Source: Gemmatimonadota bacterium
GTDB taxonomy: Bacteria > Gemmatimonadota > Gemmatimonadetes > JACCXV01 > JAHWKZ01
NCBI GenBank assembly: GCA_019347645.1
Contig: JAHWKZ010000002.1
Location: forward strand, 1 to 42,684
DNA length: 42,684 nt
Direction: 5' to 3'
Shown here: positions 28,624-36,703 of the stretch, in pieces
Layout of the letters: the number at the start of each line of letters is the position of its first letter
Position numbering within the stretch: the first letter of the stretch is position 1
The notes under the pieces: generated by a model
Databases searched by the model: none
Told to the model about the DNA's origin: nothing
What the model saw: the letters and a program-made list of their open reading frames with translations, nothing else
Made by a program: the position numbers and the translations under genes

Positions 28624-28764
28624 CTAATCCACGAACAAGTCCGACGCCAGGTCGCCGCCGTCGCCGGTCCGGCTCGCCGAGGTCCTCGACGCCGGCTCCT
28701 TCGTCAGCAGAATCAGCGCCGCGCCCGCGAGCACGACGCACCAAGATATGCGTATCATGGACAT
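28624..28764 (-). CDS. 46-aa ORF resembling the N-terminus of the 27531-28103 transglycosylase (possible truncated paralogue or small membrane peptide)
   Basis: MSMIRISWCVVLAGAALILLTKEPASRT compares with MSTIHLIGCAAMLTAATVFLG..SEPATRV. The two share the SD-start block. The stop lies 20 nt from the tRNA-Cys 3' end. Confidence 0.4.
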   Translation of the reverse strand: MSMIRISWCVVLAGAALILLTKEPASRTSASRTGDGGDLASDLFVD

Positions 28765-28851
28765 CGCATCTACCTCTGTGGAATGTCGAATCGTCGTCGC
28801 GCCGCGGAATCGCAGGCGACCACGAAAAAAGCAGACCGGCGGGAGAGGTCT
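28752..28851 (-). repeat. Leader/5' module copy B
   Basis: Minus strand reads AGACC-ucucccgcc-GGUCU-GCUUUUUU ... GAGGTAGATGCGATGTCCATGATAC. Confidence 0.55.
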
Positions 28852-28971
28852 TCCCTTCCCGCGATCGAAGCGTCCCACGACCGTACGATTCCGGTACCAT
28901 CATGAGGGAATGGTATTTCGTCCTCCCACCGCGGGTCCCCGCCGCGGCCGGGCGCCTCGCGCCGGAAGACC

Positions 28972-29679
28972 ATGGAGATCGGGCGCGGAAACGGGTACGA
29001 TTCTCGGATGAGAGCCGACCGGATACTCGCCGAGGTACGCGGTCCCCGCGTCCTGGACGTCGGGTGCGCGAGCACGAACGTCCGTCCCGACTCGCCGCGC
29101 TGGATCCACCGGCGACTCGTCGAGCGTTTCGAGCGGGTCTGGGGAATCGACCGCTCGGTCGAGAACGTGGCTCGAATGCGCGAGGCCGACTATCGCAGGA
29201 CGATTGTGGCCGACGCCATGGAGTTCGCGCTGACGGAGCGCTTCGACACGATCGTCGCCGGAGAGGTGATCGAGCACCTCGAGAACCCGGGACGGTTCCT
29301 CGACCGTGCACGGGACCATCTCGCCCCCGGTGGGCGAATCGTCCTCACCACCCCGTACCCCTTCGCGCTCTTCAATGTCCTGTACGCGTTCCTCAAGTAC
29401 CCGAAGACGTGCGAGAACGAGGACCACGTGGTTTGGCTGTGCCCGCGGACGATGGAGGAGCTCGCCCGTCGACGAGGGCTCGCGGTCGATCGGTGGGAGG
29501 CGGTGGAAGACTACAAGCCGGAGAGCGACTCGCGACCCTACCGGTGGTTCGTGCGGGGGCTGGGGGCGATCCGGCCGGTGGTTCCGAAGCGCCTGCGATG
29601 TAACGCCCTGCTGTTCGTTCTCCGAAAGGTCGGCGAGGCGGAGATCAGCGAGCCGCGGCCCACCGCAGCGCGGCGTTGA
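28972..29679 (+). CDS. Class I SAM-dependent methyltransferase
   Basis: VLDVGCAS motif I, FDTIVAGEVIEHLENPGRFL, LAPGGRIVLTTP. The start could instead be the ATG at 29008. Confidence 0.8.
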   Translation: MEIGRGNGYDSRMRADRILAEVRGPRVLDVGCASTNVRPDSPRWIHRRLVERFERVWGIDRSVENVARMREADYRRTIVADAMEFALTERFDTIVAGEVIEHLENPGRFLDRARDHLAPGGRIVLTTPYPFALFNVLYAFLKYPKTCENEDHVVWLCPRTMEELARRRGLAVDRWEAVEDYKPESDSRPYRWFVRGLGAIRPVVPKRLRCNALLFVLRKVGEAEISEPRPTAARR

Positions 29680-29803
29680 ACAGCCGCGCGCCCTCCTCGG
29701 TGAGGTGGTGGAGGTTGTCGCGGTAGAGGCCGAAGAAGATCCGCCGTCCGGCGGCCGTGGTCCCGTCGACGAGAGCGCGCCCCGCTCGTAGGTCGTAGAT
29801 CAC
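29645..29803 (-). pseudogene. C-terminal remnant (~50 codons) of a paralogue of the 38051-38836 lipoprotein gene
   Basis: Translates to VIYDLRAGRALVDGTTAAGRRIFFGLYRDNLHHLTEEGARLFNAALRWAAAR*. The full-length gene ends AVYVLEGGARLADGSRAAGRRVYFGLYDDTFRLLTSEGLALFDAALGWALR*. There is no upstream coding continuation, and it overlaps the methyltransferase 3' end by 35 nt. Confidence 0.6.
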
Positions 29804-29812
29804 ACCGGACGA

Positions 29813-30071
29813 CTACTCCTCCACGAACAGATCCCTGGCCAGTTCGACGCCGGGCGCCACTGCGTAGCGTTCGAGATCGTTAACCCCCGCCTCCCGCAAC
29901 ACCTCCTCGTCCAGAATGAAACGACCGGTGCAGAAGCTCGGGGCGGGGCTCCTCCGTCTTGGCCGCCACCACGACGTTCGCGCCCTCGCGAGCGGCGGGG
30001 ATCGCGATCGACTTGCCGATCCCCCGGCTCCCACCGGTCACGAAGACCGTGCGACTCCGTCCCCTTGCCAC
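29813..30071 (-). pseudogene. Short-chain dehydrogenase (HSDL2-like SDR) remnant with a large internal deletion and frameshift
   Basis: The N-terminal frame gives (V)ARGRSRTVFVTGGSRGIGKSIAIPAAREGANVVVAAKTEEPRPE. It then switches frame to ..CTGRFILDEEVLREAGVNDLERYAVAPGVELARDLFVEE*. About 200 central codons, including the catalytic YxxxK, are absent. Confidence 0.65.
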
Positions 30072-30200
30072 GGACCGGCAACCTAGACCGGTCCCCGCAA
30101 TCTGCAACAAGGATCGACTCCTCCGGATCCGCCGGCGTCGTCCGCCGGCCGGCCGAACCCTCGGAATTCCACCGCTCATCCTCGGCCTACCCGAACACCA

Positions 30201-30263
30201 GGACGGAAGCGCTCTTCCGTGAGGACGGAAGTGCCCTCCCCATAGTGGAACGCCTCTTCCGTC
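30201..30263. repeat. Three imperfect copies of a GGAAG-N4-CTTCC-like motif in a 424-nt non-coding region
   Basis: GGACGGAAGCGCTCTTCC (30201-30218), GGACGGAAGTGCCCTCCC (30223-30240; 15/18 identical), and GGAACGCCTCTTCCGTC (30247-30263). Confidence 0.5.
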
Positions 30264-30495
30264 TCCATGACCACCGGCTTCCACGATCGCGGAAACGGAG
30301 TCGGAACGCCGCCGCCCTCCACCGCCGGCCCGAGGAGGACGCCGATCGGCATGGTACGCCCCCTGCGACATGTCGGGGTGGCGCGGAGGCAGACACGAAC
30401 CGGCGACTCCCGACGACGGCAGGCCAGGGATGCAGGATTTCTCGATATCGGACCGATCCGAGACGCGATCCGCTCGCGTCGCTACCTTCTCCTCT

Positions 30496-32484
30496 ATGTT
30501 CGTTCCCCTGACCCTCTCCGCCCTCGTCGCGTGCGGCGGCGGCCCGACGGCTCCGGAGGCTCTCTCCCGACCCGGGATCGCTTCGGTGATCGTCCGGCCC
30601 GGCATGGCGACGATCGCCGTCGAGCAGAAGCTGCGGTTCACCGCCGACGTCCGAGACGCCGACGGCCGGCCCATGGCCGTCCCGATGAGGTGGGAGGCGA
30701 CGGGCGGCACGATCGACGACCACGGGCTCTACGCCGCCGGCGTGCGTCCCGGCCGCTACGAGGTCCGGGTGATCGCGACGAGCCGGGTTCTGGGCGTCGC
30801 CCGCGTCACCATCGAGAAGGTCGTCTCCAAGGGCTCGGGAGGGGACCGCAATCCGGGCGGGTCCGGGGAGACCGACCGGAAATCGGACGACGATCCCCCC
30901 GATCGAGGGGAGAGCCCTCCCCAGGACGGGGACCAGGAAACCGACTCCGGGGGCGACGCGGCGGAAGACGATCCTCCCGGGGATCCATCCGAATCCGGCT
31001 CCGAGCGTGACGACTCCGGCGACGGAGCTCCCCCGACCGACCCGGACTCGGAAGACTCCTCCGGCGACACCCCCTCGTCCGACTCCGACGGCGGAGAGCC
31101 GGGCGGCGGCACCGGAGACGGAGAGACCGACCGGCGGCCGACCACCCTGACGATCTCCCCCGAGCGGGCCACGGTGGAGTCCGGCCAGGGTCTCCAGTTC
31201 TCCGTGGACCTGCGCGACCAGGACGGGAAGCCGATGTCGGACCCGGTCACCTGGCGGGCGACCGGGGGCACGATCACGAACACCGGCTTCTACGTGGCGG
31301 GGACCCTGCCCGGCGACTTCGAGGTCATCGTCACGAGCGGCGACCTCTCGGCGAGCGCCACGGTCACGGTTCCGGCCGCGCGCGTCGATGGCATATCCGT
31401 CCGGCCGGGGGAGAGCGTCCAGGCGGCGGTCGACGCCAACCCCGCCGGCACGACCATCGTCCTCGAGACCGGCGTCCACAGGCGGCAACGGGTGAAGCCG
31501 AAGGACGGCACGACCTTCCTCGGACAGCCGGGCGCGGTGCTCGACGGCGAGTACGCCACCGACTACGCCTTTCACGGCGAGGCTCGGGACGTGACGATCC
31601 GCAACCTCGTGATCGAGCGCTATGCACCCGGCGCCCAGATGGGGGCGATCAAGGCCGGCGGCCACGACCGGGACGACGGCTCCTACGGCTGGATCGTCGA
31701 GAACGTCGAGGTCCGCGAGAACGACGGCGGCGGGATCCGGATCGGCCACGCGATGACGATCCGGAACAGCACGATTCACCACAACAGCCAGATCGGAATC
31801 GTGGGTGTGGGCGACGACGTGCTCGTCGAGGGCAACGAGATCGCCTACAACAACCACGGCAAGGAGTTCGACTACGGCTGGGAGGCCGGCGGAGCCAAGT
31901 TCGTCAAGACCCGGAACCTGGTCGTCCGCGGCAACCACGTCCACCACAACTGGGGGCCCGGCCTCTGGACCGACATCGACAACGTCGACACCCTCTACGA
32001 GGGCAACCTGGTCGAGGACAATGCCGACACCGGGATCTTCCACGAGATCAGCTATCGCGCCACCATCCGTGGGAACACGGTCCGGCGCAACGGGTTCGAC
32101 CGGGCGGGCGACTGGGCGTACGGGGCCGGGATCCTGGTGGCCCATTCCCCGGACGTCGAGGTCTACGGCAACCTCGTCGAGAACAACCAGAACGGCATCA
32201 TGGGGATCCAGCAGAACCGGGGGGGCGGCGCACACGGTCCGTACACCCTCGATAACCTGGCCGTGCGGGACAACACCATCGTCCAGACCGCCAACCAGTG
32301 GGCCGCCGGAGTCGCCCAGGACGTCGGCGACAAGGGCGTCTTCTCCCGCAACCTCGTCTTCGACCGGAACCGGTACACGCTGAAGGGCGCCGACGCCCGT
32401 CAGTTCGAATGGAACAACGGGCAGAACGGGAAGGACGCCTGGCAGGGGTTCGGGAACGACCCGAACGGATCGTTCAACTGGTAA
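30496..32484 (+). CDS. Lipoprotein with two Big_2-like Ig domains, an acidic low-complexity linker, and a right-handed parallel beta-helix domain (putative polysaccharide lyase/hydrolase/epimerase)
   Basis: MFVPLTLSALVAC lipobox. Two related ~80-aa repeats (..RFTADVRDADGRPM..WEATGGTID..GLYAAG and ..QFSVDLRDQDGKPM..WRATGGTIT..GFYVAG). A ~100-aa D/S/G/P-rich linker. Beta-helix repeats (IRNLVIE, ENVEVREN, IRNSTIHHNSQIGI, VEGNEIAYNN, VRGNHVHHNWGPGLWTD, YEGNLVEDN, IRGNTVRRNG, VYGNLVENN). Confidence 0.8.
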   Translation: MFVPLTLSALVACGGGPTAPEALSRPGIASVIVRPGMATIAVEQKLRFTADVRDADGRPMAVPMRWEATGGTIDDHGLYAAGVRPGRYEVRVIATSRVLGVARVTIEKVVSKGSGGDRNPGGSGETDRKSDDDPPDRGESPPQDGDQETDSGGDAAEDDPPGDPSESGSERDDSGDGAPPTDPDSEDSSGDTPSSDSDGGEPGGGTGDGETDRRPTTLTISPERATVESGQGLQFSVDLRDQDGKPMSDPVTWRATGGTITNTGFYVAGTLPGDFEVIVTSGDLSASATVTVPAARVDGISVRPGESVQAAVDANPAGTTIVLETGVHRRQRVKPKDGTTFLGQPGAVLDGEYATDYAFHGEARDVTIRNLVIERYAPGAQMGAIKAGGHDRDDGSYGWIVENVEVRENDGGGIRIGHAMTIRNSTIHHNSQIGIVGVGDDVLVEGNEIAYNNHGKEFDYGWEAGGAKFVKTRNLVVRGNHVHHNWGPGLWTDIDNVDTLYEGNLVEDNADTGIFHEISYRATIRGNTVRRNGFDRAGDWAYGAGILVAHSPDVEVYGNLVENNQNGIMGIQQNRGGGAHGPYTLDNLAVRDNTIVQTANQWAAGVAQDVGDKGVFSRNLVFDRNRYTLKGADARQFEWNNGQNGKDAWQGFGNDPNGSFNW

Positions 32485-32579
32485 GACTTTCAGGGCGGCG
32501 GACGAGGGGCCGCGGCGACGTCATCGTCCGAACCGGCTCCCCGCGAGCGAGACGCTTCCCCGGCCCGTATCTTCCAGCC

Positions 32580-33782
32580 ATGCCGGCCCCGGATCGCCGC
32601 CTCGCGGACCCGCGGATCGCCATGTTCATCCATCGGATCGACGAGCGCGCGATCGCGGGAATCGTGATACGGGTGTGCGAGTGGTTGGCCAGGGAGGGAG
32701 TCGACGTCACCTTGTTCGCCACCGCCGCCGACCCGCGACCGCGGCGGGGGATCTCCGGCGACGTCCGGGTCGACGTCCTCGGCTCGCTCGTGGACCGGAC
32801 GACGTTCGCCGTGCCGCGACTGGTGCGCGCGCTTCGCCGAGCTCGCGCCGATGTGCTCTTCGCCCACGGGAACGGGCCGAACCGGGCCGCCGTCCTCGCC
32901 CGCGAGATCTCCGAGGTCGACACACGGGTCGTCACCGTCGACCACAACCACTATTCCACCTACATCTCCCCCAGCGGCGGTGGCTATTCGTACCGAAGGC
33001 TGCGGAACCTGCTGACCGGATTGCTCTACGCGCGCGCCGATTGCGTGGCCGGCGTGGCGCCGGGAATCGTCGAGGACCTCGTCGGGCGCTTCGGCGGCGA
33101 AGCGTGGGAGACGCGGGTGCTGCCCGACCCGGGCCGCGACCCGGAGGAGATCGCCCGCCTGTCCGCAGAGCCGCTCGACCACCCCTGGTACCGCCGCGAC
33201 CGGGAGCACCGCCTCGTCTGCTCGGTCGCCAACGTGATCCCGCGCAAGGGCGTGCACGTGCTCGTCGAGGCGCTCCCCGGGATCCGGGAACGGGCCGGCG
33301 ACGTACGGCTCGTGGTCGTGGGGAGAACGGACAACCCGGTGTACCTCGACACGGTGAAGCGGGCCGCCACGGAACGGGGCGTGGGCGAGAGCGTGTCCTT
33401 CGTCGGGTTCCGGGAAAACCCGCTCCCCTGGATGGCCGGCGCCGACGCGTTCGCGCTGACCTCGCTGAACGAAGGCTGCCCGCGGGTGCTCTCCGAAGCC
33501 ATGGCGTGCGGGACTCCCGTGGTGGCCGCCGACTGCCCCACCGGCCCCGCCTTCATTCTCGAGGAGGCGCGCGCCGGCCTGCTGGTCCCCGTCGCCGACG
33601 CGCCGGCGACCGCCGAAGCGATCGCTTCGGTCCTGCTCGACGACGAGCTTCGCGAGGAGCTCGTCCGGAAAGGGCGCGAGCGGGCGCGTCACTTCACCCC
33701 CCGGCGGGTGGCCGAGGCGTATCTCGACGCCGCCCGGCACGTGGTCCGAGGGCGCCGTTCGACCGGCCCTCGACCGGGCTGA
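32580..33782 (+). CDS. GT4-family glycosyltransferase
   Basis: C-terminal Glycos_transf_1 pattern: RKGVHVLVEAL, VVVGR, SLNEGCPRVLSEAMACGTPVVAAD. The start is taken at ATG 32580 (MPAPDRR..). Confidence 0.85.
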   Translation: MPAPDRRLADPRIAMFIHRIDERAIAGIVIRVCEWLAREGVDVTLFATAADPRPRRGISGDVRVDVLGSLVDRTTFAVPRLVRALRRARADVLFAHGNGPNRAAVLAREISEVDTRVVTVDHNHYSTYISPSGGGYSYRRLRNLLTGLLYARADCVAGVAPGIVEDLVGRFGGEAWETRVLPDPGRDPEEIARLSAEPLDHPWYRRDREHRLVCSVANVIPRKGVHVLVEALPGIRERAGDVRLVVVGRTDNPVYLDTVKRAATERGVGESVSFVGFRENPLPWMAGADAFALTSLNEGCPRVLSEAMACGTPVVAADCPTGPAFILEEARAGLLVPVADAPATAEAIASVLLDDELREELVRKGRERARHFTPRRVAEAYLDAARHVVRGRRSTGPRPG

Positions 33783-33798
33783 CGGGAGACTCGTCTAC

Positions 33799-35130
33799 AT
33801 GGCCCCGGGTCTCCACTCCCTGATCGAGCGGGCTCGCTTCCTGTGGCGGGAGCGGCGAGACATGCTGGCCGGGCTGCTGGACTCCGGCTCGGCCTCGCTG
33901 GCCACCTTCGCCGTGGGGATCTACGCCGTTCGGGTGCTCGATCCGACCCTCCTCGGAGGCTACGCGCTCGCGTACCAGGCGACCTTCCTGGTCGGGCTCG
34001 TGCCCTCGAACCTGGTCTTCGTACCGGTCGAGATTCGAGTGGTGGCCTACCCCAGGCGACTGCGACTGGGCCACCTGAATCGCGCGCTGTGGCTGGGGGC
34101 TCTCCCGGCCCTGATCTCGGCTCTCGCCGTGGTCGTGTGGGTGCCGATCGCTCCGCCGGAGATCCCCGCCGAGGCCATCCGGGCGCTGACCCTGACGGGT
34201 GTCGCGACCGCGGCGCTCTCCCCCGTGCAGGACCATGTGCGACGGATGCTTCACTCGGGCGGGCTGTCGTGGGGGGCGGCGGCGGTTTCCGCGGTGCAGC
34301 TCGTCGTCGCGGCCGCCGCGCTCGGCTTCCTGCACGCGAGCGGGATCCCCGCCATCTGGATTCCGTTCGGCGCCCTGGCGGTGGCGAACCTCTGCTCTCT
34401 CGCGCTCGGCGTGGCGTGGGCGAGGCGGGGGGCGAGCCCGCTTCCGGCGGGAGAAGCGAGCTACCGGTTCATGGATCTGGCCCGCAGCGGCTCCTGGCTG
34501 CTCGGTGGAGGCGTTCTCAATCCGGCCTCCGGCTTCGTCGCGGCCGCCATCGTCTCTCGACTCGCCAGCGCGGCCGCCCTGGGGTACGCGGAAGCCGCCC
34601 GCGTGGTCGCTCAGCCGATCTGGGTGCTCGCGGTCGGCCTCTCCTCGGTGATGGGACCGCAGTCGATGGAGGCCGCGGGAGCGGGACGCCGAGCGCGGGC
34701 TCGCGACGCCCGGCGCGCCTTCCTGTGGCCGATCCTGGGCGTGGGAGCGCTCACGCTGGCCTGGCTCGGTCCGGACTGGACGCTGAATCCGCTGGCGTGG
34801 CTCCTCCCGTCCGCCTACGCCGTCGAGGGCCTCGTGGCGGCGTCGATCGTGGCCCAGACCCTGGCCGCGACCATCTTCCCCTATCGGTCCGAGCTCCTGG
34901 GGGCGCGCAAGGAGAGCACCTTCACCAGGATCGAGATCCTGGGAGCGGTGGCTCGGCTGGCGGTCTCCGCCACCGCGTCCTTCGTCCGCGCGTTTGCGAT
35001 CCCGCTCGGGATCCTGGCCGTCTGGGCCGTTCGTTGGATCGGGGTTCGCAGGGCGCTCCGCCCGGTCTACGAGACGGACCGTAGCGAGAGCGGTCGGGCG
35101 CCGGAGGCGGTCGGCCGGGAGTCCGCCTAG
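33799..35130 (+). CDS. Multi-pass membrane protein, probable Wzx-like polysaccharide flippase (MOP superfamily)
   Basis: 443 aa, ~12 predicted hydrophobic helices, positioned between a GT and other polysaccharide genes. There is no diagnostic motif, so the assignment rests on architecture and context. Confidence 0.55.
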   Translation: MAPGLHSLIERARFLWRERRDMLAGLLDSGSASLATFAVGIYAVRVLDPTLLGGYALAYQATFLVGLVPSNLVFVPVEIRVVAYPRRLRLGHLNRALWLGALPALISALAVVVWVPIAPPEIPAEAIRALTLTGVATAALSPVQDHVRRMLHSGGLSWGAAAVSAVQLVVAAAALGFLHASGIPAIWIPFGALAVANLCSLALGVAWARRGASPLPAGEASYRFMDLARSGSWLLGGGVLNPASGFVAAAIVSRLASAAALGYAEAARVVAQPIWVLAVGLSSVMGPQSMEAAGAGRRARARDARRAFLWPILGVGALTLAWLGPDWTLNPLAWLLPSAYAVEGLVAASIVAQTLAATIFPYRSELLGARKESTFTRIEILGAVARLAVSATASFVRAFAIPLGILAVWAVRWIGVRRALRPVYETDRSESGRAPEAVGRESA

Positions 35131-35900
35131 TAGGAGTCTGCTCCGGGGGGCCCCGAATCGGCGCGCTTCACCATCTGGCCGCCGTCGACGACCAGGACGT
35201 GCCCGGTCACGTGGGTCGTGACGGTGGCCAGGGCGTAGAAGGCCGCCGCCACGTCCTCGGGTCTCCCCAGTCGGCCGAGCGCCGTTCCGGCCTCCAGTCG
35301 CTCGAAGTGTCCAGGGTTCGACGACCAGAGCCTCTCCGTCCTGGGAGTGCGTATCGTTCCGGGCGCCACCACGTTGATGCGGATCCCCTCCGCGCCCAGG
35401 GGATCGACCAGGGCGTGCATCATCCCGATCAGCCCCGCCTTGGCGGCGGAGTAGGCGGGCATCCCGCTTCCGGTCAACGCGTTGAAGGAAGAGGTGAGGT
35501 GGATCGAGCGGTCCGCCGAGCGGTCGGCGCGCATCCACGGCAGGGCGGCCCGGAGGACCAGGAACTGGGTCGTCAGGTTGGCCTCGATGGAGGCCCGGAA
35601 GAGCGCCGGACTCATCTCGACCGGGTCCTCCCGTGTGGGCGGCTCCTCCGGGAGCGCTCCTCCCGCGACCCCGATCACGTGACGCAGGGCGTCGTTCGAT
35701 CGCGCGTCGGCGACCGCCGCCTCCAGTGCCGCCTCGTCCTCGAGATCGACGATCCGGCCGCGGTACCCCGGACCCGGCGGCTCCTCGACCGATGGATCCC
35801 TGTCGAGCCCCACCACGCCCCATCCCTCGTCGAGGAACCGGCGGGCCGTCGCGGAGCCGATCGCTCCGGCCGCGCCGGTGATCAGGACCACGTCGCTCAC
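35127..35900 (-). CDS. SDR-family oxidoreductase
   Basis: VLITGAAGAIGSATARRF, SSFNALTG, YSAAKAGLIGMM (YxxxK), INVVAPGTIRTP. The GTG start forms a GTGA overlap with the upstream stop. Confidence 0.88.
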   Translation of the reverse strand: MSDVVLITGAAGAIGSATARRFLDEGWGVVGLDRDPSVEEPPGPGYRGRIVDLEDEAALEAAVADARSNDALRHVIGVAGGALPEEPPTREDPVEMSPALFRASIEANLTTQFLVLRAALPWMRADRSADRSIHLTSSFNALTGSGMPAYSAAKAGLIGMMHALVDPLGAEGIRINVVAPGTIRTPRTERLWSSNPGHFERLEAGTALGRLGRPEDVAAAFYALATVTTHVTGHVLVVDGGQMVKRADSGPPGADSY

Positions 35901-36703
35901 GGAAGGATCATTCGGTGGGACTCGACCCGCGCCACCCGATCGAGCCAGGCGGCGCGATCCTCCGGGAGCCGCCGATCGTGCTCGCGGATCACCTGGAGCA
36001 CCGGGCACCGCTTCTTCGAGACCCGGTTGAACCACACCCGCCCCAACGCCACCTTCGGCGTGGCGATCGCCCGGGCGTGCGCCCACGCCTCCACGGCCAT
36101 CAGGGAGGGTCGATCCCAACGGCCGTCTACCACCGCGTCGGCGGCCCGCCGGACCGCGGCTCCGGCGACCCCGAACAGCTCCGCCGCCTGCCCTACACCG
36201 GTCGGATCGCTCTCCAGGAGCTCCACCACGTTCTTCGTCGCCAGCCCCTCCGGGTCCTTTCGTCCGCCGGCGCGCATGCCGTTGTAGACCAGCTTGAGGA
36301 CCCCCTCGGCCCCCGGACGGATCCGCCGGAAGCCGAGCGCGTCCATCTCGCTCATCGCGAGGAGCTCGTCGACCCCCATCAGCGCGCATCCCCGGAACGT
36401 CGCGAGGAGCTTCACGTCGAACTGGATCAGGTATGGGGAGGCGGGATCGAGGGCGACGAAGTGGGGCCCCTGCGGGACGTGCCGGCAGACCACGGCGGGA
36501 CCCAGCCCGTGCTCCCTCAGCCACTCGATCCAGGTCCGCTCCACCCCCGGCCAGTCCGACGCCGGCGCGAAGCTGTCGACGTCTCCGTGGCCGGTGAGGG
36601 CCGACTCCACGTTCTTCCACACGGACCACCGCGGGAAGCGTTCGGTCACGCTCCGCAGCAACGGGAGCCACAGCGCGGCGCGGTCTCCCGTCGCGCGCGT
36701 CAC
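35897..36703 (-). CDS. Hypothetical cytoplasmic protein (268 aa) with a GHGDVDSF motif; function unknown
   Basis: Coding-like composition and translationally coupled on both sides (GTGA overlaps). The motifs TGHGDVDSF and IQFDVK are weakly reminiscent of a nucleotidyltransferase-fold acidic triad, which is unverified. Confidence 0.6.
   Translation of the reverse strand: MTRATGDRAALWLPLLRSVTERFPRWSVWKNVESALTGHGDVDSFAPASDWPGVERTWIEWLREHGLGPAVVCRHVPQGPHFVALDPASPYLIQFDVKLLATFRGCALMGVDELLAMSEMDALGFRRIRPGAEGVLKLVYNGMRAGGRKDPEGLATKNVVELLESDPTGVGQAAELFGVAGAAVRRAADAVVDGRWDRPSLMAVEAWAHARAIATPKVALGRVWFNRVSKKRCPVLQVIREHDRRLPEDRAAWLDRVARVESHRMILP

Noticed and set aside
30187-32235. 682-aa minus-strand ORF antisense to the beta-helix lipoprotein gene
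   Set aside because: It has no recognisable domains and a shadow-frame composition, while the plus-strand frame has a lipobox, Ig-like repeats and beta-helix repeats.
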